Shown: positions 45,261 through 54,830 of the stretch, one piece after another
Layout of the letters: every line of letters begins with the position of its first letter
Numbering within the stretch: the stretch's first letter is position 1
NCBI GenBank assembly: GCA_964473865.1
Contig: CAYYQN010000004.1
Span: forward strand, 74,325 to 138,324
DNA length: 64,000 nt
Reading direction: 5' to 3'
Source: an uncultured bacterium
GTDB taxonomy: Bacteria; Eisenbacteria; RBG-16-71-46; CAIMUX01
Translations under genes and position numbers: made by a program
Notes under the pieces: model-generated
Told to the model about the DNA's origin: nothing
What the model saw: the letters and a program-made list of their open reading frames with translations, nothing else
The model's database searches: none

Positions 45261-45325
45261 CTCCGGCTCCTCCTTCGGTTCCTTCGGATCTTCCGGTTCT
45301 TCCGGTTCCTCCGGTTCCTCCGGGG
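45261..45325. repeat. Imperfect 9-bp tandem repeat (consensus ttccggttc) x about 7, intergenic between the M4/M36 peptidase and the NCS2 permease
   Basis: ctccggctc ctc cttcggttc cttcggatc ttccggttc ttccggttc ctccggttc ctccgggg read from the sequence. Confidence 0.75.
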
Positions 45326-45383
45326 CGGATTCCGCAGACCAGGCCTTTACCGAGTCGGCCCCGGGTCTTAGGATCTTCCCGCC

Positions 45384-46757
45384 ATGTGGGAGCGACTCTT
45401 CCATCTGCGCGCGCATGGCACCGACGTGCGCACGGAGGTTCTCGGCGGAACGGCCACGTTCGTGACCATGGCGTACATCATGGTGGTCAACCCGGCGATC
45501 CTCTCTTTCGCGGGCCTTCCGGTCGGCCCCAGCACCGTGGCCACGATCCTGTCCGCCGTGGCCGGGACGCTCTTCATGGGGCTCTACGCGAACCGGCCGA
45601 TCGGCGTCGCGCCCTACATGGGTGAGAATGCCTTCATTGCGTTCGGACTGGCCGCGCTGGGGATCACCTGGCAGCAGCGGCTGGGAGCGGTCTTCGTGAG
45701 CGGCGTAGGCTTCATGATCATCACGCTGCTGGGGGTCCGCGGTTGGCTCGCCAACGCCATCTCGCCGAGCCTGAAGCACAGCTTCGCGGCCGGGATCGGC
45801 CTCTTTCTGGCCTTGATCGGACTCTACGAGACCGGAATCGTGACCAGCGGGGCGGCCGGGATGCCCGCGCCGGCGCTCCTGCTGTCCGACCAGATCCACC
45901 TGCGGGCCCCCGATGTGCCGCTCAAGATCGGAAATCTGCGCAGTCCCGAGGTCCTCCTGGCGATCGGCGGACTGCTCCTCATTTCCGTGCTGCTGGCCCG
46001 GCGGGTGCGAGGCGGCGTCATCCTGGGGATCGGGCTTACGGCACTGGCCGGACTGGTGCTCGGGATGGCCAAGCCCCCGGCGGCGGTGATGGCGTGGCCG
46101 TTTCGCGGAGAGTACTCGCTGGCCCCGATCGCCCTGAAGCTGGACATCGCGGGAGTGCTTCGGCTCTCCTTCCTGCCGCTGTTGCTGACGTTGTTCCTGA
46201 TGGGGTTCCTGGACACGCTGGGCACCCTGGTCGGCGTGGGGGCGGCTGGCGGCATGCTGGACGAGCGGGGGGACTTCCCGCATCTGGAGAAACCGATGGT
46301 GGTCGACGCGGCCACCTGTATGTTCAGCGGTCTCGTGGGCACCTCCACCAGCGGTGCCTACATCGAGTCCGCGGTGGGGATCCGCGAGGGCGCCCGCACC
46401 GGTCTGGCCGCGGTGACCACGGCGGTGCTCTTTGCCGCCTCGCTCTTCTTCATCCCGCTTCTCACGCCGCTCCAGGGGTTGCGGTACGCGTACGCGCCGG
46501 CGCTCGTCGGGGTGGGGATGTTGATGATCTCATCGATCGCGCGGATCGACTTTGCCGATCTCACCGAAGTGGTTCCCGCCTTTCTGACGATCGCTTTCAT
46601 GGTCTTCACCTATAACATCGCCAACGGTCTTACCGTGGGACTGCTGCTCTACCCGATCGTGAAGGTGCTGGGCGGGAAACGCCGCGAGGTGAATCGCGCG
46701 GCGATCGTCCTGGCATTGCTGTGCGGTTTCTACTTCGTGTTCGGAATGCCCCACTGA
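45384..46757 (+). CDS. NCS2-family nucleobase permease (AzgA-like guanine/hypoxanthine permease)
   Basis: 457 aa, about 13 TM segments. AzgA-type N-terminus (FHLRAHGTDVRTEVLGGTATFVTMAYIMVVNPAIL). Confidence 0.8.
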   Translation: MWERLFHLRAHGTDVRTEVLGGTATFVTMAYIMVVNPAILSFAGLPVGPSTVATILSAVAGTLFMGLYANRPIGVAPYMGENAFIAFGLAALGITWQQRLGAVFVSGVGFMIITLLGVRGWLANAISPSLKHSFAAGIGLFLALIGLYETGIVTSGAAGMPAPALLLSDQIHLRAPDVPLKIGNLRSPEVLLAIGGLLLISVLLARRVRGGVILGIGLTALAGLVLGMAKPPAAVMAWPFRGEYSLAPIALKLDIAGVLRLSFLPLLLTLFLMGFLDTLGTLVGVGAAGGMLDERGDFPHLEKPMVVDAATCMFSGLVGTSTSGAYIESAVGIREGARTGLAAVTTAVLFAASLFFIPLLTPLQGLRYAYAPALVGVGMLMISSIARIDFADLTEVVPAFLTIAFMVFTYNIANGLTVGLLLYPIVKVLGGKRREVNRAAIVLALLCGFYFVFGMPH

Positions 46758-46950
46758 GGCCAACCGGGACACCGGAACGCAGATCGGCGCGACGTCCGGA
46801 GGCGATCGGGTCTTTGGGCAGATGACGGCTTGAAGGACAACTGGTCTTTGAAAGCGCGACAAGTCGTCGCAACCGCAGGCGCCCGATCGTCTGACGACCG
46901 TGCGCATTCGGCGCGGGCGTCCAGCGGGCCGGATCCGCTACATTCATTCC

Positions 46951-47862
46951 ATGTCGAGCGTCAACGCCGATCCGGCGTATGTGGGCCTTGCCCGATCCGG
47001 TGAGCTGCAAGCCCGCGTCGAGCAGGCCGGCCGGACTCTGAGCGCTTGCAGCCTGTGCGGCCACCGCTGCCTCGTGGACCGGTGGCACGAGGCCCTGGGG
47101 CACTGTCTGTCCCGCGCGCGTGCGGTGGTGCATGGATTCGGCCCGCACCATGGCGAAGAGACCTGCCTGAGCGGCGAGCGGGGATCAGGGACGGTCTTCT
47201 TCAGCCGCTGCAACCTGGCGTGCGTCTTCTGTCAGAACTACGAGACCAGTGCGCGCGGAGATGGCGAGGAACTCGATGCGGACGGTCTGGCGTCGGTGTT
47301 TCTCCGGCTGCAGGAGTGGGAGTGCCACAACCTGAACCTGGTGACGCCGACCCATCAGATCCCCGCGATCCTCGAGGCGCTGGCGCAGGGGGCAAGGCGC
47401 GGTCTGCGCCTGCCGCTGGTCTGGAACACCGGGAGCTACGAAACCCTGCAGGCGCTGGCCCTGCTCGACGGTGTGGTCGATGTGTATCTGCCCGATCTGA
47501 AGTATGGCGACTCGGATACGGCGATTCTGCTGTCCGGGGCGCCGGGCTACTGGGAGACAGCGACCGCCGCGATCCGGGAGATGCACCGACAGGTCGGGGA
47601 CCTGGCGCTCGATGCGGCCGGGCTGGCCCGGCGTGGGCTCCTGGTCCGACACCTGGTCCTGCCGGGCGACCTTTCCGCGACCGGGCGCGTCGTGGAGTTT
47701 CTCGCGCACCATGTCGCCGCGCGCACTGCGCTCAATCTGATGGATCAGTACCGGCCTTGCCATCGCGCGGGGGAGTTCCCGCCGCTGGATCGCCGGCTCA
47801 CGATGGACGAATGGAAGGCGGCCGAGACCGCCGCGCGGAAGGCGGGCCTCACACTGGTGTGA
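46951..47862 (+). CDS. Radical SAM protein, pyruvate formate-lyase activating enzyme-like (PflX-type)
   Basis: CNLACVFCQN radical-SAM CxxxCxxC cluster. N-terminal Cys cluster CSLCGHRC...C. Start placed at MSSVNADPAY rather than the upstream Arg-rich ATG at 46900. Confidence 0.7.
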   Translation: MSSVNADPAYVGLARSGELQARVEQAGRTLSACSLCGHRCLVDRWHEALGHCLSRARAVVHGFGPHHGEETCLSGERGSGTVFFSRCNLACVFCQNYETSARGDGEELDADGLASVFLRLQEWECHNLNLVTPTHQIPAILEALAQGARRGLRLPLVWNTGSYETLQALALLDGVVDVYLPDLKYGDSDTAILLSGAPGYWETATAAIREMHRQVGDLALDAAGLARRGLLVRHLVLPGDLSATGRVVEFLAHHVAARTALNLMDQYRPCHRAGEFPPLDRRLTMDEWKAAETAARKAGLTLV

Positions 47863-48042
47863 CGCGCGACGGCGCCTCCACCGCATCGGCGGGGTGTCGC
47901 CCCGGACGTGGGTGACCGGAAACGGAGCGCGCGGTCGACCCTCGCGCCGCAAGCCGGGCGATCGCTCCGACGCGACAGACAGGGCACCCGCCGAGGCGAC
48001 CAGCGCGAAGATGCCGCCCCACGGGGGCCGCGGCGGACCGGG

Positions 48043-50865
48043 ATGGGGACTCCGGAGAACGGGGGGACCGTGGAGAGCGATTCGGCACCACGCGTGGACC
48101 GGCCGGCGGAACTGGTTGGCCGCACCGTCGGGCGCTATGAGATCCGCGAGCTGATCGGATCCGGGGGCATGGGCTCTGTCTATCGGGCCCACGATCCGGT
48201 GATCGATCGCGACGTGGCTGTGAAGCGCCTGGCCGCAGATCTGGCCGACGATCGCGATCGGTGGGATCGCCTTGTGCGGGAGGCCCGCGCGGCCTCGGCG
48301 TTGCAGCATCCGGCCATCGCGGCGATCTACGATGTCTTCGAGCACGACGGTGAGGGCTACCTGGTCGAGGAGCTGGTCGAGGGATCGCGCTTGCGGGACT
48401 GCCTGGGTGTTCCGATCGAGCTGTCGGCGTTTCTGACGTTCGCGGAAGACTGCGCCGGGGCTCTGGCCGCGGCGGCGGCCAGCGGCATCGTGCACTGCGA
48501 CCTGAAGCCGGAGAACATTCTCATCGACGCGGCCGGACATCCGCGCATTCTTGACTTCGGGCTTGCGTTTCACCGCGGCGAGAGAGGTTGGAGCGATGGC
48601 GCAGGCTACCCCGGCGGTCGCGTGTCCGGTGGTTCCGGCGTTCGCGTGGCCGGCGTCTCGGGCGATCGCGCGGTTGGCGGCGCGGGCGATCGCGTGCCTG
48701 GCGGCGCGGGCGATCGCGTGCCTGGCGGCTCGGGCGGCGGCTCGGGCGAGGATGAGGTCACCGCCCCCATCTCGCTGTCCAGCGCGGGATCCGCCCCGCC
48801 GAGCGCGGAGGCGCTCGCGGCCGTATCGCCGCCAACCCCGGCCCGCCTGGACGGCACCCTGACCTACCTGGCTCCCGAGCGAATTCGGGGATCGGAGCCG
48901 GACGTCCGCTCCGATCTCTTCGCGCTGGGGGTCATCTTCTACGAAATGCTGACGCTGCAACACCCGTTCCGCCGCAGCGCGCCGGCGTCGACGATCGAGG
49001 CGATCCTCCGGCACACGCCGCCGCCGCCGAGTGCCTGGCGTGCCGGCCTGCCGCCGGAAGTGGACGCTCTGGTCATGGGCCTGCTGGCGAAGGAGCCCGG
49101 GCAGCGCTGCGGGTCGGCGCCCGCGTTGCGAGACCAGATCCGCGCGGTCAAGGACGCGCTGCCCCGGACGGGGATGCAGACGCCCGCCCGGCGGTCCCGG
49201 GTGCTCGCCATGGGCTGGTTCGCGGCCGTGGCGCTTGCGGTCGGGCTCACGATGCTGGCCGCGCGCCACTGGTGGCGACGCGACCGCCCGCCGGAACCGG
49301 CCGCCTGGTACCTGGTGGTGGAGCCGTTTCGCAGCCTGAGCCCGTCACCCGGAGACACGGTGTTCGCCCTGGGGCTGACGGAGGCGGTGCAGACCCGCTT
49401 GGCGGAGGTGCCGGGAATCCAGGTCGTCGCCTCCTCCGTCGATCCCGGCACGCCGCTGCTTCTCGAAGGCACGGTACAGCGTTCAGACGAGAATCTGCGC
49501 ATCACGTGTCGGGTGGTGGAGCGAGGCGGCGGCAAAGTGCTCGGCGGCGCGATCGCCGAAGGATCCGCCAGAGACCTCTTTGCGCTGCAGGACAAGGTGA
49601 CGGCCAGCGTGGCCCGCACGCTGAGCCGGAGGCTGCACCTGGCCGGCAATGGGTCAGCGAGCCCGCATCCGACGACTGATGTCACCGCCTACGACTACTA
49701 CTTGCAGGGACGCGGCTATCTGCAGCGCCCGGGAGAAGCCGAGGACCGCCTGATCGCGGTCGGGCTCTTTCGCCAGGCTCTGGCGGTCGATCCCGGCTTC
49801 GCTCTGGCCGAAGCGGGTCTGGCCCAGACCTACTGGAAGCTGTTCGAGGACAGCCACGATCCGGCCTGGGCCGCCCGGGCGGAAGAGAGCGCGCGCCGGG
49901 CGCTGGACGCGGCACCGCAACTCGCGGAGGTCCATGTTGCCCTCGGCACCATCCTTCAGGGAACCGGCAAGCCATCACTGGCCGTGGAGGAGTTCCGGCG
50001 CGCCCTGGAGATCAGTCCTCGCAATAGCGAGGCATTCGCCGGGCTGGCCACGGCGCAGGAAGCGCTCGGCGACCTCGACGCGGCCGAGCGGACCTTTCAA
50101 AACGCAATCGCGGCACGCCCCGGGGACTGGATGCCGTGGGGTAAACTCGGGGTGTTCTACCGGGCGCATGAGCGGCTCGAGGAGGCGCGGCAGGCGTTCG
50201 AACGCGTGATCGCCCTCACGCCCGACAACGCGCGGGGCTACGTCAACCTCGGGGTCGTCCAGCAGGAGTTGGGTCGCGATGCCGAGGCCGTCGCCTCCTA
50301 CGAGCAATCCCTTCGCATCAAGCCCGGGTATCGCGCCTATGCCAACCTGGCCACCCTCTATCGCTCTCAGGGCCGTCACGCGGAAGCGGCGCAGACGTAC
50401 CGCCGGGCGCTGGCCCTCGACGACCGCGATTGCCGGGTGTGGGGGAATCTAGGTGCAACCTACCGGCAGATTCCCGGGAGCGAAGCGGCGGCCGACAGCG
50501 CGTACCGTCGGGCCATTGCGCTGGCGCGAGGGGAGTGGGCCGTCAATCGTCGCGACCCGATGGCGCTCGCGCTTCTCGCTCAGTACCATGCCGAGCTCCA
50601 GGAGGCCGCCGCGGCGCGCGAAATGGCGGTGCGCGCGCTTGCTGCCGGGTCGAGCCGGCCCGACGTACTGGTGCTCGTCTCGGCGGCGTTCGAGATTCTA
50701 GGCGACCGCCGGGCGGCTCTGGCGGCGGTGCGGGGAGCGGTGGCTCAGGGTTGTTCTCCCGAGACCTGGAGGCGTGATCCTTCGATGGATGACCTGGTGC
50801 GGGATCCGGAGTTTCAGCGGATCGTATCGGCGGCGAAATCGCCGCGACGGGAGGGTGCGGGATGA
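48043..50865 (+). CDS. Ser/Thr protein kinase with single TM helix and C-terminal TPR-repeat domain; unusually long repeat-containing activation loop
   Basis: GSGGMGSVY glycine loop, VAVK, HCDLKPENIL, DFG...APE. About 100 aa between DFG and APE. TM VLAMGWFAAVALAVGLTMLAA. Multiple TPR units downstream. Start at MGTPENGG (ATG 48043). Confidence 0.85.
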   Translation: MGTPENGGTVESDSAPRVDRPAELVGRTVGRYEIRELIGSGGMGSVYRAHDPVIDRDVAVKRLAADLADDRDRWDRLVREARAASALQHPAIAAIYDVFEHDGEGYLVEELVEGSRLRDCLGVPIELSAFLTFAEDCAGALAAAAASGIVHCDLKPENILIDAAGHPRILDFGLAFHRGERGWSDGAGYPGGRVSGGSGVRVAGVSGDRAVGGAGDRVPGGAGDRVPGGSGGGSGEDEVTAPISLSSAGSAPPSAEALAAVSPPTPARLDGTLTYLAPERIRGSEPDVRSDLFALGVIFYEMLTLQHPFRRSAPASTIEAILRHTPPPPSAWRAGLPPEVDALVMGLLAKEPGQRCGSAPALRDQIRAVKDALPRTGMQTPARRSRVLAMGWFAAVALAVGLTMLAARHWWRRDRPPEPAAWYLVVEPFRSLSPSPGDTVFALGLTEAVQTRLAEVPGIQVVASSVDPGTPLLLEGTVQRSDENLRITCRVVERGGGKVLGGAIAEGSARDLFALQDKVTASVARTLSRRLHLAGNGSASPHPTTDVTAYDYYLQGRGYLQRPGEAEDRLIAVGLFRQALAVDPGFALAEAGLAQTYWKLFEDSHDPAWAARAEESARRALDAAPQLAEVHVALGTILQGTGKPSLAVEEFRRALEISPRNSEAFAGLATAQEALGDLDAAERTFQNAIAARPGDWMPWGKLGVFYRAHERLEEARQAFERVIALTPDNARGYVNLGVVQQELGRDAEAVASYEQSLRIKPGYRAYANLATLYRSQGRHAEAAQTYRRALALDDRDCRVWGNLGATYRQIPGSEAAADSAYRRAIALARGEWAVNRRDPMALALLAQYHAELQEAAAAREMAVRALAAGSSRPDVLVLVSAAFEILGDRRAALAAVRGAVAQGCSPETWRRDPSMDDLVRDPEFQRIVSAAKSPRREGAG
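48651..48745 (+). repeat. In-frame GC-rich tandem repeat (24-bp unit, ggcggcgcgggcgatcgcgtgcct, 2 exact + degenerate flanking copies) encoding GGAGDRVP repeats inside the kinase activation loop
   Basis: Exact 24-mers at 48677-48700 and 48701-48724; related degenerate copies on both sides. Confidence 0.8.
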
Positions 50866-51164
50866 GCGCGGAGAGAATGCAGATTCCGACGATCACGATC
50901 GGTGTCGATCGAGGCGAACAGGTGGCGACGGTTGCTCCCTCGGCGGTCGTCGTGGAGGCGCACACCCGGGTCCAGTTCCGGCTGGCGGACGACGTTCACG
51001 GGACGGCCAAGGTCATGCTTCCTGCGGAGGGAGTAGTCGTCTCCGTGGTTCCCGGCGAGTCCACTCCGGTCGAGGTCACGCAGACCGGCGTGTACTACAC
51101 CGTGGTCACGCTCAAGAACCCCGGCAAGGTGGCGGCGATGGCAGTGCTCATCTGCGAGGTGTAG
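50862..51164 (+). CDS. Small hypothetical protein (100 aa), translationally coupled (ATGA) to the Ser/Thr kinase gene
   Basis: Start ATG overlaps the kinase TGA. Strongly GC3-biased codons. Beta-rich sequence without recognisable motif. Confidence 0.5.
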   Translation: MSAERMQIPTITIGVDRGEQVATVAPSAVVVEAHTRVQFRLADDVHGTAKVMLPAEGVVVSVVPGESTPVEVTQTGVYYTVVTLKNPGKVAAMAVLICEV

Positions 51165-51208
51165 GGAGGCGGTTGGCCGAACGCCCGGCCGGGGTCGAGC
51201 CACGGCGC

Positions 51209-52096
51209 TCAGGAGGCCGTGATGCCGGGCGGCATGGGCGCACCGGCCGACGGGCTTTCCCCCCGCAGCACCCCCCCGTTCCACTGCCGCACCCGCTCGT
51301 AGAAGACCGCCAGGATGACGGCGGTGAGAGGCGCCGTGACCAGAAGTCCGATGCACAGGGCCAGCAGGCCGAGCAGATTGATGCCGACCAGCGCCAGGGT
51401 CAGCAGCAGCAGGCGCATGCGATAGCCGATCATGAGCCTCCAGCTCGCCTTCAGGGCGTCCAGACCGCCCAACCCGCGGTCAAAGACGAGGTAGCCGGCC
51501 TGCGAAAGCCCCAGGGCGACGATCACGCCGGGCAGGATGAAGAAAAGAGTGCTGAGGGCGATCGCGAACCCGCCGAGGAAGCCCCAGGCGAGCACGGCTC
51601 TCCACCGCGGAAACCCGGCGAAGAGGTCGACGAATTCGACTCTGCCCCCGCGGACCGCCTTCAGACCCGCCACGATGAAGCCGGGGTAGAGGAACAGCGA
51701 TAGCACGCCGCTACCAAAGCGAATGCTGAAGTCGAGGGGGTGATCCTCGCCGAAGCTGTGGCGGAAGGTGAGGCCGGGGCCGGCGGTCAGCAACGTGTAC
51801 ACCAGGTACATGATCACGAGCATCGGACCTTCGCGTTGAAACACGGTCCAGCCGTTCCGGATGCACTCTCCAACCCAGCCCGCGGGGGCCGGCAGCCCCG
51901 CTGCCTCCGTCCCGGTTGCCGGCGGGATTCCGCCTCCGGGGACGTCGCGACCGTACGCGGGTGATGGAGGCCAGGGCGGCGAACCGGGAGGTGCGGTCGC
52001 CGGCGGGTTGGCGATGGGGACCGCGGCACCGCATCTCGGGCAGAACCGTGAGTCCGGCCCCAGCACTGTTCCGCAACGCGAGCAGTTCATGAGCAC
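51209..52096 (-). CDS. Zinc-ribbon domain membrane protein (N-terminal CxxC-x10-CxxC, Pro-rich linker, polytopic membrane domain)
   Basis: CSRCGTVLGPDSRFCPRCG, PPATAPPGSPPWPPSP linker, then 5-6 hydrophobic helices. Confidence 0.6.
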   Translation of the reverse strand: MLMNCSRCGTVLGPDSRFCPRCGAAVPIANPPATAPPGSPPWPPSPAYGRDVPGGGIPPATGTEAAGLPAPAGWVGECIRNGWTVFQREGPMLVIMYLVYTLLTAGPGLTFRHSFGEDHPLDFSIRFGSGVLSLFLYPGFIVAGLKAVRGGRVEFVDLFAGFPRWRAVLAWGFLGGFAIALSTLFFILPGVIVALGLSQAGYLVFDRGLGGLDALKASWRLMIGYRMRLLLLTLALVGINLLGLLALCIGLLVTAPLTAVILAVFYERVRQWNGGVLRGESPSAGAPMPPGITAS

Positions 52097-52354
52097 CTCC
52101 CATCGTCCTTCCCATGCCTACTCCCCGATACGGCCCGCGGGCGGTCGGGTTGCCTCGACGCTTCCGGTTCGCCGCCGGGACCTCTTCGGCGCGTCCCAGC
52201 GACAGGTCCGCGTCCCGGCTGCGCGGGAGGAAGAATCGCCTGGACCGTCCCGTTCGGCAAGGCCCGCAATCGGACTTGACAGGGTGCTAGCGAAGTGATA
52301 TCATTTCGATACTCAAGGGAACCCGGGGTTCCGGACCCGCGAAAGGAGGATCCC

Positions 52355-53224
52355 ATGCACACGGAACGGGAGGTCCGGCCGGCGACCGGTTGGTTCCTCA
52401 TCGTCCTGGACCTGGCGCTCTGGCTGTTGGCCATCTGGCTCTTCGCCGGCGGCATCCGCGAGAAGAACCTGGCGCAGCTGCTTCTGGGCGGCGTCGGCGG
52501 CATCATTCTGGCCAGCTTCGGTCTGGGCGGCTTCTTCGTCGTCAACCCGAACGAGGCCGCCATTCTGCTGCTCTTTGGCGAGTACAAGGGGACCGTCCGG
52601 ACCAATGGGTTCTTCTGGACAAACCCGCTGATCAACCGGGTGAAGATCTCCCTGCGGGCCCGCACGTTGAACGGGCAGAAGATCAAGGTCAACGACCGCT
52701 CGGGCAACCCGATCGAGATCGCCGTGGTGGTGGTCTGGCAGGTGCGAAACACCGCCGAAGCGAAGTTTGATGTCGACAACTACATCGACTACGTGAACAC
52801 CCAGAGCGAGACAGCGCTTCGCCACCTGGCCAGCAGCTACCCGTATGATGCCGGGGAAGACGAGGTGAGCCTTCGCGGCGCCACTGATGAGATCAACCAC
52901 CACCTGCAGCGCGAGCTCCAGGAACGGCTCAACCGCGCCGGGGTGAGCGTACTGGAGTCGCGCCTCAGCCATCTCGCCTACGCGCCCGAAATCGCGGGAG
53001 CCATGCTTCAGCGCCAACAGGCCACCGCCATCATCGCGGCTCGAAAGAAGATCGTCGAGGGGGCCGTCGGGATGGTGGAGGACGCGCTCCAGCAGTTGAG
53101 CCGCGGCAACATCGTGCAGCTTGATGAGGAGCGGAAGGCGGCCATGGTGAGCAATCTGCTGGTGGTGCTCTGCAGCGAGCACGCGACCCAGCCGGTGCTC
53201 AACGCGGGGACGCTCTATCCGTAG
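52355..53224 (+). CDS. SPFH/band-7 (stomatin/prohibitin/flotillin-like) domain membrane protein
   Basis: N-terminal TM ([21 protein letters not shown]), SPFH core ([20 protein letters not shown]...) and coiled-coil C-region. AAAGGAGGA SD before ATG 52355. Confidence 0.8.
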   Translation: MHTEREVRPATGWFLIVLDLALWLLAIWLFAGGIREKNLAQLLLGGVGGIILASFGLGGFFVVNPNEAAILLLFGEYKGTVRTNGFFWTNPLINRVKISLRARTLNGQKIKVNDRSGNPIEIAVVVVWQVRNTAEAKFDVDNYIDYVNTQSETALRHLASSYPYDAGEDEVSLRGATDEINHHLQRELQERLNRAGVSVLESRLSHLAYAPEIAGAMLQRQQATAIIAARKKIVEGAVGMVEDALQQLSRGNIVQLDEERKAAMVSNLLVVLCSEHATQPVLNAGTLYP

Positions 53225-53431
53225 GCCGCGGGGTTGGGGCCGGCATCCGGGCGGAGGCATGCGGCGTGGATCCTCTCGCCCGGACGCCGGCCTGAGCGCG
53301 GCCCGGACGGACCGCCGGGTCGCTGCGCCATCCACCAGGGAGGGTGCTGGGCAGAGGGGCGAGAGGTATCGGAACGGCGGACCGCCGGGACGCCGCGCTT
53401 CCGGCCCGACGGGCGCGATCGAGGTGCGGAC

Positions 53432-53602
53432 ATGGCTGACAAGAAGGCCTTCCTGCTTCGCCTGAGTCCGGAGCTCTATGAGGCGATCCGGCGGTGGGCG
53501 GAGAGCGAGCTGCGCAGCGTCAACGGCCAGGTGGAGTGGATCCTGCGGGAGGCTGTCGAACGCAAGATGAAAGCCGGGGGAGAGAAGAAGAAGGGCGCCT
53601 GA
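53432..53602 (+). CDS. Small ribbon-helix-helix (Arc/MetJ/CopG-like) DNA-binding protein, 56 aa
   Basis: MADKKAFLLRLSPELYEAIRRWAESELRSVNGQVEWILREAV is the canonical Arc-type RHH pattern (beta strand then two helices). GAGGTG SD. Confidence 0.55.
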   Translation: MADKKAFLLRLSPELYEAIRRWAESELRSVNGQVEWILREAVERKMKAGGEKKKGA

Positions 53603-53609
53603 CTGCCGC

Positions 53610-54830
53610 TCAGCCCAGGCGCCGCAACACCCTCGCCATCGCCTCCGCGAATGCCGCTTCTCCGGGCAGCAGGCTGGCCACCAGGTAGGCCTCGCTCTCG
53701 AAGTCGAAGAAGAAGCCCGGGTGCACCAGAACCTGCTCCTCCTCGGCGAGGAGCAGGCACCACTCCTCCTCGGTACGTGTCCGCGGGACGCGCAGAACCG
53801 CGTACCAGCCGCCGTCAGCGGGGAGGAGGTCCGCCGCCGTTCCCGCGGTCCGCGACGCCAGCCAGCGTCGATTCGCGGCGGTGCGGTGGCGGATCGCCGC
53901 CCGGACTGTGCGACCGGCGTCCAGCAGCTCTGCGAGCGCCCATTGGGCGGGGGTGTTGACCGAGAGATAGGTGTCGGCGATCACTTCGAGCCGGGCCCTG
54001 GCCTCCCGCGCAAGTTCCGGCGGACCGCCTGCCCGGATCCAACCCACCTTGATCTGGGGCAGCCCCGCCGACTTCGAGAGTCCCCCCAGCGAGAACGCGA
54101 GGCAGCCTCCGCGCGGAGCCAGCGAACCCGCGGGAGAGGGAGGATGCCGTCCGGCGCCGGCGCCCGCCGGCGAGGGGTAGAGGTACTCGAGAAACACCTC
54201 ATCCGAGATGATGGCCATTCCCCGGGCGGAACAGATGGCGGCGAGGGCGTCTGCTTCTGCAACCGACAGGGCGCTGCCGGTGGGGTTGTTGGGGTGCACC
54301 ACGATGATGGCTCGCGTGCGCGAATCGGCGGCGGCGGTCACGGAGTCCAGGTCCAGCCGCCAGCGTTCCTCACGGCGCAGCAGGTAGGGCGCCAGGGTCA
54401 CCTCTTCGAGTCCGGCAAGAAACTCGAACAGCGGATAGCTGGGGCGAGGCACCAAGACCCGATCCCCTCGCTCGCAGAGGAGCTTCATCAGCCAGCCATA
54501 GGCCTCGCTGGTGCTGGCGGTCAGAACCAGGCTTTCGGGTGCGCACGGAGCGGCGCCGGGGAGCTCCGCCGCGAGGTAGCCAGCCACCGCCTCGCGGGCC
54601 GCAGACAGGCCTCGCGGGTCGGGCGCATAGTGGAGCCCGCGCGGATCGGCAAGCGCCCGGAGAATCCGTGCCTCCGGGTAGGGGAACCCGCATCGGGTGG
54701 GGTTCGATTCGGTGAGATCGAAGCTGGCGAGGCCGCCGGACCGGCATCGCGCCCAGGCGTCGGCGAGGCGATTGGGGGTGCGCTCCCAGGCCGTGCGGCG
54801 TGAGAAGGAGACCAGGGCGGATCGGTTCAT
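53610..54830 (-). CDS. PLP-dependent aminotransferase, class I/II
   Basis: Fold-type I aminotransferase with PLP-lysine region (FSLGGLSKSAGLPQIKVGW). Start at MNRSALVSF; upstream Arg/Pro-rich extension rejected. Confidence 0.75.
   Translation of the reverse strand: MNRSALVSFSRRTAWERTPNRLADAWARCRSGGLASFDLTESNPTRCGFPYPEARILRALADPRGLHYAPDPRGLSAAREAVAGYLAAELPGAAPCAPESLVLTASTSEAYGWLMKLLCERGDRVLVPRPSYPLFEFLAGLEEVTLAPYLLRREERWRLDLDSVTAAADSRTRAIIVVHPNNPTGSALSVAEADALAAICSARGMAIISDEVFLEYLYPSPAGAGAGRHPPSPAGSLAPRGGCLAFSLGGLSKSAGLPQIKVGWIRAGGPPELAREARARLEVIADTYLSVNTPAQWALAELLDAGRTVRAAIRHRTAANRRWLASRTAGTAADLLPADGGWYAVLRVPRTRTEEEWCLLLAEEEQVLVHPGFFFDFESEAYLVASLLPGEAAFAEAMARVLRRLG

Noticed and set aside
45129-45383. 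Purine riboswitch upstream of the NCS2 guanine/hypoxanthine permease
   Set aside because: No match to the conserved purine-riboswitch core (UAUA...GUUUCUACC...CCGUAAAU) could be found by eye. The region is occupied by a terminator and 9-bp repeats.
42792-46283. 1163-aa minus-strand ORF spanning the M4/M36 peptidase and NCS2 permease genes
   Set aside because: Antisense to two well-supported plus-strand genes; highly Arg/Gly-rich junk translation.
4366-48745. Possible CRISPR array among the several tandem repeats (4366, 12625, 22267, 22401, 45261, 48651)
   Set aside because: Repeats are 8-51 bp with only 2-7 copies and no unique spacers of regular length. No cas genes in the window. One is in-frame coding. 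They are simple tandem repeats.
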